In this document: in pieces, positions 36,154-45,981 of the stretch
How the letters are laid out: each line of letters opens with the position of its first letter
How positions within the stretch are numbered: the stretch's first letter is position 1
From: a virus
Length of the DNA stretch: 64,000 nt
IMG/VR virus record: IMGVR_UViG_3300050343_000215
Span: 96,001-160,000 of that record
Reading direction: 5' to 3' (one strand)
The notes under the pieces: generated by a model
The model's input: only the letters and a program-made list of their open reading frames with translations
Told to the model about the DNA's origin: nothing
Databases searched by the model: none
Position numbers and translations under genes: made by a program

Positions 36154-39100
36154 TTATATTATGGTGCTATAGATTCTAATTGGACTAAAGAGTTTGAGGA
36201 TAACTTCTGCTTCACCTTGCGTGGTGATTCTAAGAGTTCCCGGTTGAGTAATTCTAGTGACACTACCTGGATTACTGCCATTGAATGTAAACAGATTTGT
36301 GGAGACGATTTCTCCCTGTGCTCCAATCTCTGTTTCATCATAATCTCTAGTTCTTGTAATAGTACTACTATTGAGACCAAAGAGTGAACCAGAACCAAGA
36401 TAATTATCTGTCTGCTTCTCAATTTTTTCACCACTAACGAATGTTGTGCCAGAACCGACGTTACTAGCAACAATTTTAATATCTGTTGCCTCACCAGAAA
36501 TATTTGCATTTCCAGCAGCATTGTAATTTCCTTTCGTAAAGGACTCTGTTGCACCATTGCGGAATTCAAAGAGAGTGGTATTTTCAACATCAATTGTTCT
36601 GGATTCTGCTGCTCCTCCGAATGCAGATAAAGTACCTTCACCAACAAAACTGAGAGCAACAACGAAGTTTGCATCACCATTGACACTTGCAGATCCAGAA
36701 GCATTGAACCCGCGAGTTCTGATAACTGGTTCGGCAGTTCCACCAAATTCGTAAAGAACAGTTTCTTCTGCTGGATTGAATCCAACAACTTCTGCTCCAC
36801 CACCGAATGTTGAAAGTTGACCTTCTCCAGTGTAAATTCTTGTCGCTCTGTTTTCGGAATTTCCAGAAACGAATGTTGCGCCGGAACCAACTTTTGTGCG
36901 GGTAAATGGTGCCTGTGCTTCTCCAGAAACTGTGAAGAGTCCAGTAGATTCAGGAGCGACGGCGGCAACCTCAACTCCACCACCAATAGCGAAGAGTGAA
37001 CCAGACCCAGCAAATGCGCGAGTTCTGATAACCGGTTCACCAGATCCATTGAACTCAAAGAGTCCTGTTGATTCTTCGGCAACAGTTGTAGATTCTGCTG
37101 CACCATTGATTGCAAAGATTGAACCAGAACCAACATGATCTCTAGAACCAGAATTTGTAGAATCTCCACTGATTGTTGTGGAACCAGTTCCAGTGTTAAT
37201 TCTAGTAAACGCATTCTGATCACCGCCAGCGGTAGAGAAGAGAACTGTGCTTTCAGGGATGCTTGCGGTTCTAGATTCTGCTGCACCATTTGTGCCAAAG
37301 AGTGAACCGGAACCAGCATGTGCAGCAGTGCGTCTATTGACACTTTGACCACTAAGATTTTCAGATCCTGATGTTTCAAATGCGCGTGCGCGATCTGTAT
37401 CTGCAGTACCAGAAGGAACAAACAGAACTGTAGATTGTGGAACCTCAATTGTTCTGGACTCAGAACCACCACCAAATCCAAACAGAGTACCAAACTGGAA
37501 CAGGATAACTCTGATACGGACGATAGGTTCGCCGCTAAACTTGAATGCTCTTGTCTCAGTTTCTGGATTGAATCCGACAACTTCAGCAGCACCACCGATA
37601 GAATTAAATCTACCAGATCCAGTGTATATGCGTTGGAATGCAGGATCAGCATCACCATAGAAGTTGAACTTAGCAACTTCAGGATTCGTGAAGATGTTGA
37701 ATCTAAGAACGAGGTCTGGAGAACCAAACAATCTTGGAGATCCAGCAGGGCGAGATGTCCATGCAGGATTCCACTTAGATGGTGAAGTACCGTTGACTCT
37801 GAAGAGAACTGTATTTGTTGGAGGCGTTACGCTGGAAGCTTCTGCTCCACCACCAATTCCGAACAGTGAACCAGAAGTTCCTGGATCTCTATCATCACCA
37901 TAATATCCATAAACATTAACTTTTTGAGATACTGATATACCAGCAACATTTGCTGATCCACCGATCTTGCCGTAGATGGAGTTGACATAACGAGGTGATG
38001 GACGATATCTGAGCCATTCGGACCCAGCATCGTGGGTGTACATTCTGGAGAATACACCATTAGATACATATGCACCCTTGAATCCAACATCAACATTACC
38101 AAGAATTCTTGGAGTTCCAAGAAGATGTTGAGTTCTCCAATGTGGACGGAATCTAACCGCAGCATTAGGAGCGAGAGGTGTCTCCTCCTTAATCTTAATG
38201 TTGCCAGTTCCGACCCAATTCTCAACATGCTTCTCAACTGCGCCACCACGCATTTTGAGCAGGAAGGTTTCTTCAGGTGTCTGAGCGATGAATGCTTCAG
38301 CGGCATTCCCGACACCAAACAGAGATCCACTAGAGAATTCACGGAATATTCTCTTCTGAGCTGGAGTTCCACCAGAAATTCTGAATAGACCGAATGGGTT
38401 TTCTTCTCCAGGAAGAGTAACCAGATCACCATGATCAACATTGGGTGGCAGATATGCATCACTAATAGATCCAAGATCATCAATTGTAGTAGCATTATCA
38501 GTAATGGATCCATACTGATCTGTTCCAAATCCTTCAACAACAGAAGAATTATTATATGAGAATACTGCCTTCTCAACCTTATCACCGATATGGAAGAGTG
38601 AACCTTCGCCCGTATAAAGACCTTTGCTGAAGCTCTCTGCGAGAGATCCAACGAAATTGAATAGAGCAGTAGTTTCTCCGGCACCAGAAGTAAACTTCTC
38701 AATAGCGGCACCAGAGATATTAATCTCAATTGTTTGTGAGACTTCAGAGAATGTCTGCTTATGACCTTTATCGCCACCAGTAATTCTAAACAGACCAGTG
38801 ACAGGTTGTCTGGTCTGAGTAATTACTACAGAACCATTATCAACTTCACCATCTGAAGTGATAGATGTAACATTGCCAAGGTCACTAGTTACAGTTGAAT
38901 TGTCAGTAATAGATCCATAATCGGGACCAGTACTAAACTCAACAACAGATTCTGTGGTATATCTGAATACTGCTCTCTCAACCTTTTCACCGATATGGAA
39001 GAGTGAACCAGAACCAACAAAATCTCTTGCTCTAGGAGTGTCGGCATTACCTGTAAGTTTGCCCTGTTCGTAAGGACGTGCTCTCCAATGAGGTGAGAAT

Positions 39101-42100
39101 TTGAAGTCTGCAGGATCCTGTTGCTCATTAAAGATTCTAAATCCAAATGGTCTTGCAATATAAGGTCCACGGACAAATTGATTTTCAGAAGAACCACTAA
39201 GTTGTAAGAGTCCAGTAAGAGGTTGTCTAGTCTGAACAATAATTATCTCACCGTTATCAACTTCTCCTCCTGGAGTGGTAGATGTAATACTACCAAGATC
39301 ATCAGTTGTTGTTGCATTATTAGTGATTGATCCATAATCTTCATCTGGAGTAAGATCAACAATAGATCCTCCATTATAATCAAAGGTTGCACTTTCAACC
39401 TTATCACCAATACCAAATAGTCTGCCCTTACCAACAAAATCTCTTGCTCTTGAACTTTGAGCAATACCAGTGGCAGAAATGTTACCACCAATATCATCTG
39501 CTTGAGCAACACGCTCAACCAGAGAACCAGATAGATTAACAATTCCACCTCTAGTAACATAAGGTCCACGAATAAACTGAACCTTAGGAGCAGCACCAGT
39601 AAATTTAAACAGACCAGTAAGAGGTTGTCTAGTCTCAGTGACTATAATCTGTCCAAGATCTACTTCACCATCTGGAGTAGCCTGACTTGTGATAGTACCA
39701 TAGTCAGTAGTTGTTCCGGCAGAATTGGTGATTGATCCATAATCTCCACCTGGAGAGAACTCAACAATAGATGATGAATTATAATCAACCGTTGCTTTTT
39801 CAGTCTTAACTCCATGACTGAACAGTGAACCAGATGCAATAAATGGTCTGGACTGAGCATAAGTATTGAACTCTCCGTCTGGACCATTGCTGATCTTCGG
39901 AGTGCCGAGAAGATGGCGCGATCTCCAATGAGGTGTAAATCTGATATCTGCAGGATCTTGCTGTTCGTTGAAGATTCTGACAGCAGGACTCTGACGATTC
40001 CAGATAAATTTGGGGAAGAATTTATCAACAGCAGCACCTTGGATTTCAAACAGTTTTCCGAGGGGACGCTCATCACCAGTTACATCTATTACATTTCCAT
40101 TATCAATGATGTTAGATGCTGGAACAGGAGTAGTGACCTGTCCATAATCACCAGATACAGTTACGGCAGATCCAACACTTCCAGCATCAGTAAATGTGAA
40201 CGATTCTGCAATAGAAGATTCGTTGTATGCAACAGTTGCTCTTTCAGTCTTGACTCCATGACTGAAGAGTGAACCAGATGCAATGAAAGGTCTAACTCTT
40301 GCATAAGTGTTATTCTCTCCACCAAGACCATTTCTGATATCAAACAGTGCAGTAGATTCACCTGCCTGAGATACAAACTTAAGGTTGCTGTATCCACCAG
40401 TAATTCTAACCTCAGCAGTAGCACCAAGATATGCTTTTGGATTAGAGTGGGCAATATCACCACCCGTCCATTCAAAGAGTTTTCCGAATGGATTATTAGT
40501 GATGAGATTGGTGATTGAACCATAGATGGTATCACCAGTAGATGGTTGAGTTACATCACCGTAATCTGCAGTTGTTGTAGCAGAAGAAGTGACAAGACCA
40601 TTATCAATAGGATCTTGTACTACCGCAATTGATTCCTCAGTATAATCAAATATTGCTTTCTCAACATTACTACCAGAGTTATTGAGAGATCCAGAACCAA
40701 TCCAAGATCCCTTAATAACCTTGAGTTGCGACATTCCGCCGCCAAGCTTGAGGAATTCTCCAGCACTTGTCTGATTCGGACTGAGACCATAATGATAAAC
40801 CTGAACTGCAGGTTCGTTGAATTGTACAGTTGCACGACCACCAGTGGGGTTAAGTATACCACTGCCAGCATATGCTCTTGGAATAGGTGTTACTGCCCTA
40901 CCAGTGATATTGATATTACCGAACTTGGTAAAGTATGGGATCAAATCACCATAAGATGTGTCACCAGTAGAAGGTTCGGTTACATCACCATAGTTCTCGG
41001 TATTTGCTGTAGTCTGATCTACAGAACCATAGTTTAAGGTTCCTAGAGTTGCTAAAGGATCAAATACGATATCAGATTGGTAATTAAATACTGCTCTTTC
41101 ATCCTTCTGTCCGATCTCAAACAGAGATCCAAAACCAACATGTATTCTGGCAAATGCATCAGGAATGACATGGTTGGTGATTGTAATTCCACCACGGCTT
41201 CTCCAATGAGGCAGGAATGCAAAGTCACTTGCTTGACCTGCATTAACAACTGCCTTACCTTTGTAAGTCTTAAATGCTCCGCTACCAGCGAACGCTCTTG
41301 GGTTGGAGTGAGCAATGTCACCACCAGTAAGTTTGAAGAGACCAGTGAGAGGTTGTCTAGTCTCAGTAATTACTAATGAACCATGATCAGTATCGCCACT
41401 AGATTGTGCGGTTACTTGACCATAATCTTCTGCTGTAGATGCGGATGTATTAATATCTCCTGCATCATCTCCAACAGAGAAGCTTACTATTGAACCTGAA
41501 TTATAATCGTATACCTTCCTCTCAAGTCCTCCAGAGAAATTGAAGAGTCTTCCGCTACCTTGATATCCTACTCTTGCAAATGCTTCTGGATTACCGCCAC
41601 TGAATGTTAATCCAATGACATCTCTTCTGATAAATTGTCCTGTTGCTAGATTACGACCAACAACGTAAGTTTGTGCTCCAGATGGTTCCTCAAGTTGATC
41701 AACACCACCTGAAAGAACTGAGAATGAACCTGAACCGTTATATGCACTAAACCTGTTACTTGTAACCTTGAATCCTCTAATCTTCAGGGATCCGAAAGGT
41801 GTACCTTCTCCAGGTAAAATGTCTCCAAAGTCTGTTTCACCATCAGTAGCGATGGTGATAATCTCTCCATACCCAACAGAAGAACCTACAGTAGCGGTTA
41901 CCTGACCATTGTCAGTGTCACTACCATAGGTCTTAAATGACTCTTCTGTGAAGTCATACAAGGCGCTATTAGATGAAGCGCCAGAAATACGCAGAGGTCC
42001 AGAACCTCCAATATAAGGAGCAACTTTGCGCTCTAAACCATTAGCAATCTCAAATAACGTACCTGAACCTGTCCAGGCTTGTTTTGTAATTACAATTGCC

Positions 42101-42438
42101 TTCTCTCTAAGGACAATTGGTTGTGCCTTAGCAACAAATACTACACCAGCTGAATCAGATTCTTCGCCGCTGATATTAATATTTCCAAATGGATATGTAG
42201 TTTCAGTCCATACAACAAGATTATAATTTTCTGTTGCAGTTACGTCATCTACAATAAAATCTGTTCCTGTTTCTACAATGAACTCATTGTTTACAACACC
42301 AGCAGTGCCATCTTCAACAATAAGATCAAAAAAGTTTATGCCACGATCAACTGTGGACGTGGGAGCATCACCTATGCTACCCAAGTCCTGACTATCAAAA
42401 TATTCAATTGATGTTGAATCGTAGCGAAATGTATTCAT
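36154..42438 (-). CDS. Giant repetitive virion protein (2094 aa), putative fibre
   Basis: About 10 D[YLN]G-triplet modules plus many GSGSLF..G..E repeats; located in the structural region. Confidence 0.8.
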   Translation of the reverse strand: MNTFRYDSTSIEYFDSQDLGSIGDAPTSTVDRGINFFDLIVEDGTAGVVNNEFIVETGTDFIVDDVTATENYNLVVWTETTYPFGNINISGEESDSAGVVFVAKAQPIVLREKAIVITKQAWTGSGTLFEIANGLERKVAPYIGGSGPLRISGASSNSALYDFTEESFKTYGSDTDNGQVTATVGSSVGYGEIITIATDGETDFGDILPGEGTPFGSLKIRGFKVTSNRFSAYNGSGSFSVLSGGVDQLEEPSGAQTYVVGRNLATGQFIRRDVIGLTFSGGNPEAFARVGYQGSGRLFNFSGGLERKVYDYNSGSIVSFSVGDDAGDINTSASTAEDYGQVTAQSSGDTDHGSLVITETRQPLTGLFKLTGGDIAHSNPRAFAGSGAFKTYKGKAVVNAGQASDFAFLPHWRSRGGITITNHVIPDAFARIHVGFGSLFEIGQKDERAVFNYQSDIVFDPLATLGTLNYGSVDQTTANTENYGDVTEPSTGDTSYGDLIPYFTKFGNINITGRAVTPIPRAYAGSGILNPTGGRATVQFNEPAVQVYHYGLSPNQTSAGEFLKLGGGMSQLKVIKGSWIGSGSLNNSGSNVEKAIFDYTEESIAVVQDPIDNGLVTSSATTTADYGDVTQPSTGDTIYGSITNLITNNPFGKLFEWTGGDIAHSNPKAYLGATAEVRITGGYSNLKFVSQAGESTALFDIRNGLGGENNTYARVRPFIASGSLFSHGVKTERATVAYNESSIAESFTFTDAGSVGSAVTVSGDYGQVTTPVPASNIIDNGNVIDVTGDERPLGKLFEIQGAAVDKFFPKFIWNRQSPAVRIFNEQQDPADIRFTPHWRSRHLLGTPKISNGPDGEFNTYAQSRPFIASGSLFSHGVKTEKATVDYNSSSIVEFSPGGDYGSITNSAGTTTDYGTITSQATPDGEVDLGQIIVTETRQPLTGLFKFTGAAPKVQFIRGPYVTRGGIVNLSGSLVERVAQADDIGGNISATGIAQSSRARDFVGKGRLFGIGDKVESATFDYNGGSIVDLTPDEDYGSITNNATTTDDLGSITSTTPGGEVDNGEIIIVQTRQPLTGLLQLSGSSENQFVRGPYIARPFGFRIFNEQQDPADFKFSPHWRARPYEQGKLTGNADTPRARDFVGSGSLFHIGEKVERAVFRYTTESVVEFSTGPDYGSITDNSTVTSDLGNVTSITSDGEVDNGSVVITQTRQPVTGLFRITGGDKGHKQTFSEVSQTIEINISGAAIEKFTSGAGETTALFNFVGSLAESFSKGLYTGEGSLFHIGDKVEKAVFSYNNSSVVEGFGTDQYGSITDNATTIDDLGSISDAYLPPNVDHGDLVTLPGEENPFGLFRISGGTPAQKRIFREFSSGSLFGVGNAAEAFIAQTPEETFLLKMRGGAVEKHVENWVGTGNIKIKEETPLAPNAAVRFRPHWRTQHLLGTPRILGNVDVGFKGAYVSNGVFSRMYTHDAGSEWLRYRPSPRYVNSIYGKIGGSANVAGISVSQKVNVYGYYGDDRDPGTSGSLFGIGGGAEASSVTPPTNTVLFRVNGTSPSKWNPAWTSRPAGSPRLFGSPDLVLRFNIFTNPEVAKFNFYGDADPAFQRIYTGSGRFNSIGGAAEVVGFNPETETRAFKFSGEPIVRIRVILFQFGTLFGFGGGSESRTIEVPQSTVLFVPSGTADTDRARAFETSGSENLSGQSVNRRTAAHAGSGSLFGTNGAAESRTASIPESTVLFSTAGGDQNAFTRINTGTGSTTISGDSTNSGSRDHVGSGSIFAINGAAESTTVAEESTGLFEFNGSGEPVIRTRAFAGSGSLFAIGGGVEVAAVAPESTGLFTVSGEAQAPFTRTKVGSGATFVSGNSENRATRIYTGEGQLSTFGGGAEVVGFNPAEETVLYEFGGTAEPVIRTRGFNASGSASVNGDANFVVALSFVGEGTLSAFGGAAESRTIDVENTTLFEFRNGATESFTKGNYNAAGNANISGEATDIKIVASNVGSGTTFVSGEKIEKQTDNYLGSGSLFGLNSSTITRTRDYDETEIGAQGEIVSTNLFTFNGSNPGSVTRITQPGTLRITTQGEAEVILKLFSPIRIYSTII
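38340..41960 (-). repeat. Degenerate intragenic tandem repeats
   Basis: Recurring DNA words, e.g. ccagt(a/g)agaggttgtctagt near 39211, 39612 and 41342, and ccgatatggaagagtgaacc near 38585 and 38990. Confidence 0.7.
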
Positions 42439-42455
42439 TAAACGTTCTACACATT

Positions 42456-42480
42456 AAAAGGGGGTGTAAAACACCCCCCT
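42456..42480 (-). terminator. Intrinsic terminator
   Basis: GGGGGTG-TTTTA-CACCCCC followed by TTTT on the minus strand. Confidence 0.6.
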
Positions 42481-42517
42481 CACAAAATACAATAACGAAT
42501 AAGATGTATACTATATA

Positions 42518-43693
42518 TCAGTCAAGGCTGACGTTCAATGTGATCTTGATTTGGTCACCGTTGTTCTGAATTGGGTATGGACCATTTGTGAATCTCTCAG
42601 CAAACATGATGCTGCTGTGGAGAGTCAGGTCACCAGTTCCGTCAAGAGCAGGTGTTGTGCTGAAGCTGTTAGCATCATAGACTGTATGAACAGTGTAAGT
42701 ACTAACAGTTGTGCCGGAATTAGTGGTGCCTTGAGCGATGTAGATTACATCACCGGCAACCAAAGAATGGGCAGTAGCATTAACCTTACTGTAAGACAGA
42801 GTGATTGATGAGTCAGTAGCAACCTGAATGTTGTCAGTCAGGGCGTTGTTGATGTAAAGAATTCTGTTGAGAATGTCAATACCAATAATAGTTGTAGAAC
42901 CAGGAACAGCGGAGTTACCACCAACAACCATGCCGACAGTGATGTCGTCCATGATGTTAGCAACGTTGGCAAGAGTAATAAACTTATTGCCAATAACGCC
43001 GATAGCGGGATCAGTGTTATCACCCTTAGTAAGAACTGTACCAGCAGCAGCAGCGGCAGCATCCGTTACACCATGGATGGTGACAGGCATGTTGTTTGCA
43101 CGAGCCAAGTAGTAACCATAAACGTTACCAGCAGCAGCAGTAAAGGTGAATGTTTCTTCTGGGTATGTTGCAGTTGTAACACCACCACTGAATTCAATTG
43201 TGCCTGAAACAGCACCAGAGTTAGCAACAGTCAGAACGATAGTTGATCCATCTACTCTGGATACTTTAGCACCTGCACCGATACCAGTACCACTGACAAG
43301 GTTACCTACACTAACTGTGCCAGTTACACTAGCAATTGAAATAGTAAAGGCACCTGCAGAACCAGTACCAGTACCGGAGGCAATAGGATCACCAGCAGTA
43401 GAGATTGCCCAACGGTTACCATTCAGAAGAATACCGTATGCATCAGAATAATTCTGATCAGCACGGTTGTTATTTACTGTAGGATATCCAGTGTTCGCAG
43501 CAGTACCATAACTGTTAGTATTACCATCAGCATATGGTTCATAATAAGCAGTTGCGGAAGGTACGTCACCTTCAGCGGGGTCTGTGTTTGAAGTATAAAG
43601 CTTCAAAACTAAATTTCTAGGGATCTGGTGAGTGGCGTTCAGCAGATAACGGAGCGACTCTAACTCACCAATATTTGGTACTAAAAGTGCCAT
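42518..43693 (-). CDS. Virion structural protein
   Basis: MALLVPNIGELESLRYL, LKLY.SN..P.E.D, C-terminal AERF..GPY.IQNNGDQIKITLN; TATAAATA at 43734-43741 upstream. Confidence 0.75.
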   Translation of the reverse strand: MALLVPNIGELESLRYLLNATHQIPRNLVLKLYTSNTDPAEGDVPSATAYYEPYADGNTNSYGTAANTGYPTVNNNRADQNYSDAYGILLNGNRWAISTAGDPIASGTGTGSAGAFTISIASVTGTVSVGNLVSGTGIGAGAKVSRVDGSTIVLTVANSGAVSGTIEFSGGVTTATYPEETFTFTAAAGNVYGYYLARANNMPVTIHGVTDAAAAAAGTVLTKGDNTDPAIGVIGNKFITLANVANIMDDITVGMVVGGNSAVPGSTTIIGIDILNRILYINNALTDNIQVATDSSITLSYSKVNATAHSLVAGDVIYIAQGTTNSGTTVSTYTVHTVYDANSFSTTPALDGTGDLTLHSSIMFAERFTNGPYPIQNNGDQIKITLNVSLD

Positions 43694-43736
43694 TTAAAAT
43701 GTTCCTCTTGTTTGATGTTGATTTATCTGTTTATAT

Positions 43737-44441
43737 TTATAATTTTACTTTCAGAGCGATAGCAAAATTACTGATTGAAACCGTAGTATTTATAACTTCA
43801 TACTGTATGATGTCTCCAGCGTTCAATTGCTTTGACCATCCAGTCAATGTAATATCAGTACTTTTTACATCACTATTTAATTGTGGTCCATTCCCACCAC
43901 AAATTGATGCTACGTTAGGAAAATCATCAAAAGAACATTTCCTAATATCAAGTTCTAAATCTCCAATAGCATCGGCAACAATGACCCATGATTGGATAAC
44001 TCCAGTAACATCAATAGTTAGGAAACCTTTGTTTCCTGTAGTCATTGGTCTAGAACCATTGTCTATAACATAATTAATAGTTCTAGTTAGATCAGCAGTA
44101 TTTGCAAGTGCAATTCCAAAGAATGGTGTAACTGTACTTGCAGGAGCAGTAGCAAATGTAATTTCATTGCCTGATACTGTGTATCCCACTCCTGGTTGCA
44201 AAATAGTATTGTCAACGGAAATGATCAGTTGCTGGTCATTTAATGCATAATATTCTTCCCCAGAAACTGCTAACTGAAAAACTGTTTGTGCTCCATCAAA
44301 TTGTGAACGCAAATCATCCAGAATTAAATTCTGGTATTGTATCCCTTTTGATGGTGCTTCATAATTTAAACCAATACTAAAATCATTAGCAACACTTTGT
44401 GTGACATCAAAATTAGTAGTACTTACTTCGTAATTAGCCAC
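43737..44441 (-). CDS. Baseplate- or fibre-associated structural protein
   Basis: LDDLRSQFDG...F.L, QLIISVDN.ILQPG module also found in gp7-like proteins. Confidence 0.7.
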   Translation of the reverse strand: MANYEVSTTNFDVTQSVANDFSIGLNYEAPSKGIQYQNLILDDLRSQFDGAQTVFQLAVSGEEYYALNDQQLIISVDNTILQPGVGYTVSGNEITFATAPASTVTPFFGIALANTADLTRTINYVIDNGSRPMTTGNKGFLTIDVTGVIQSWVIVADAIGDLELDIRKCSFDDFPNVASICGGNGPQLNSDVKSTDITLTGWSKQLNAGDIIQYEVINTTVSISNFAIALKVKL

Positions 44442-44779
44442 TATACTGTCACTCCTGGTGTTACTGTCGCAATTCCTTCAATAAATCTGGTCTTTACTCC
44501 ACTCGCAGAAGTCAAGACTAAATCATAAACATATCTTCTTGCTTTGAGGGCAGATGTAACTGTATCAGTCAAAGTAATTTTAATTACTCCTTTACTTCTG
44601 TCAGTAAAAATTACTGCAAACGGTGTTGCAGTACTTGAAGTATAATAACTTGTCTTCAGTTTTGCCTCTGCGGTAAACCCCAAAAGATTTACCGAAGCAC
44701 CATCTGAGTTTTTGATAGTAAAGGTTGCTGAGAAGTCAGTACCCTGCTCTATCACTAAGTTAATTGTAATTGCAGACAT
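44441..44779 (-). CDS. Conserved small virion protein (Ig/BppU-N-like fold inferred)
   Basis: NLVIEQGTDF, RYVYDLVL, TR.IEG.ATVTPGVT. Confidence 0.72.
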   Translation of the reverse strand: MSAITINLVIEQGTDFSATFTIKNSDGASVNLLGFTAEAKLKTSYYTSSTATPFAVIFTDRSKGVIKITLTDTVTSALKARRYVYDLVLTSASGVKTRFIEGIATVTPGVTV

Positions 44780-44784
44780 GTACT

Positions 44785-44822
44785 AAAAAAGACCTTCCTT
44801 GTTATTTATAAGGAAGGTCTTT
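44785..44822 (-). terminator. Terminator hairpin whose loop contains a late promoter
   Basis: 13-bp stem AAAGACCTTCCTT/AAGGAAGGTCTTT with T6 on the minus strand; TATAAATA at 44803-44810. Confidence 0.8.
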
Positions 44823-44826
44823 AAAG

Positions 44827-45033
44827 TTATTCTGCCGCTACAGGTTCTGCTTCAACAGGTTCTTCGGTTTCAGCAGGAGGATCTACTAGATCCAGAGCTT
44901 CAAGAGCACCTTTGAGTTTAAGTGCAAGTTCTCGTTTTGCCACGACCTGCGCCTCAAGATTTTTAATTTCAGAAATTGCAGTTTCAAGTTGGGTTGTAAA
45001 GTTTTCGCGCAGTGCGCTTGGTTCAACAGACAT
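44827..45033 (-). CDS. Small coiled-coil protein (possible fibre chaperone)
   Basis: 68 aa, heptad pattern, LKLKGALEALDL. Confidence 0.65.
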   Translation of the reverse strand: MSVEPSALRENFTTQLETAISEIKNLEAQVVAKRELALKLKGALEALDLVDPPAETEEPVEAEPVAAE

Positions 45034-45081
45034 GGTATTACTTAGTTTCAGTTGTTATTATAGTACAATTTATTTAGTGTG

Positions 45082-45981
45082 TCAAGACAGGTCCCATCCT
45101 GTTTGACCATTAGCATTATCTTTGAGCAAATAACCATCTACCATAAAACCTTCAATGTAAGTTCTTCCACCACTACCATTATTCTGGATTGTTATCTGAG
45201 TAAGATTTCCTGCTTGCTCAAATCTATGTGATGATCCTGTACTAGATGTATAAGTTGTTCCGTCTATAGTGACAGTACAAGTTGAATTATATCCATCTTC
45301 TGAAAATACTCTAACGAAATTAGTTACAGTAATACTAAGAGTAAGGGTGCATAAAACTTGGTTTCCACCTGTTCTTGCCCTTGGCGAAGTTTGCAAATAT
45401 CCATTAAAAGCATTTGAAGCAGCTTGATCAAAACCTCCAGTTAAACTATTACTCCATACGGTTCCATCATTAGGACTAGTGGAAGTCATGAATCTTTCTC
45501 CTGCTTGCAGAAGAGTTCCACAAGCACTTACACCTCCAGGAGAACTACCATCTGCTGGCCATGAACCAGAAGTTTGGTTATGCATTACACCACGCCATGC
45601 TTCAGTCCAATCACTATTATTATCACTACGCTCAACTTTATATGAGATAGATCTAATACTACCAGAAAATACTGAATCTACAAATAAATGTGTGAAGGAA
45701 ATTGCCGAACCATGATCATATGTCTCTGTTGTGTTTCCACCAATAATAGTTCCACTGTCACTACAGTTTGAACTAGTATATGTTTTAAACCATGTAATAT
45801 TTGATGAACTATCACTAGTAGAAAATCCAAAACGCGCAGCTCTAGGAGCATGGTCATTATAAGGATTGGATCCACCAGTGGCACCAGTGGTCAATCTCCA
45901 ATAACGATGTGAGCTAGTACCAAAATCACCACCACCACCAGCAGCAGCACCACCATAACCAAGTAACATTTGTTGCATCAT
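45082..45981 (-). CDS. Putative receptor-binding or carbohydrate-binding (discoidin-like) protein
   Basis: MMQQMLLGYGG leader, HRYWRL, SYKVERSDNNSDWTEAW. Confidence 0.65.
   Translation of the reverse strand: MMQQMLLGYGGAAAGGGGDFGTSSHRYWRLTTGATGGSNPYNDHAPRAARFGFSTSDSSSNITWFKTYTSSNCSDSGTIIGGNTTETYDHGSAISFTHLFVDSVFSGSIRSISYKVERSDNNSDWTEAWRGVMHNQTSGSWPADGSSPGGVSACGTLLQAGERFMTSTSPNDGTVWSNSLTGGFDQAASNAFNGYLQTSPRARTGGNQVLCTLTLSITVTNFVRVFSEDGYNSTCTVTIDGTTYTSSTGSSHRFEQAGNLTQITIQNNGSGGRTYIEGFMVDGYLLKDNANGQTGWDLS

Noticed and set aside
36159-38777. Long same-strand alternative-frame ORFs (522 aa at 36159..37727 and 316 aa at 37827..38777) inside the 2094-aa gene
   Set aside because: They lie in the +1 frame, where stops need NTA/NTG codons that this Gly/Ser/Thr-rich gene rarely uses. 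The Leu/Val/Gln-rich translations are the expected shadow of GGT/TCT/ACT repeats, and no SD or slippery site is seen.
38340-41960. Recurring 20-30 nt DNA words resembling a CRISPR array or DGR template/variable repeats
   Set aside because: They are in-frame, degenerate at synonymous positions and irregularly spaced. Differences are not adenine-specific, and no cas or RT gene is present.
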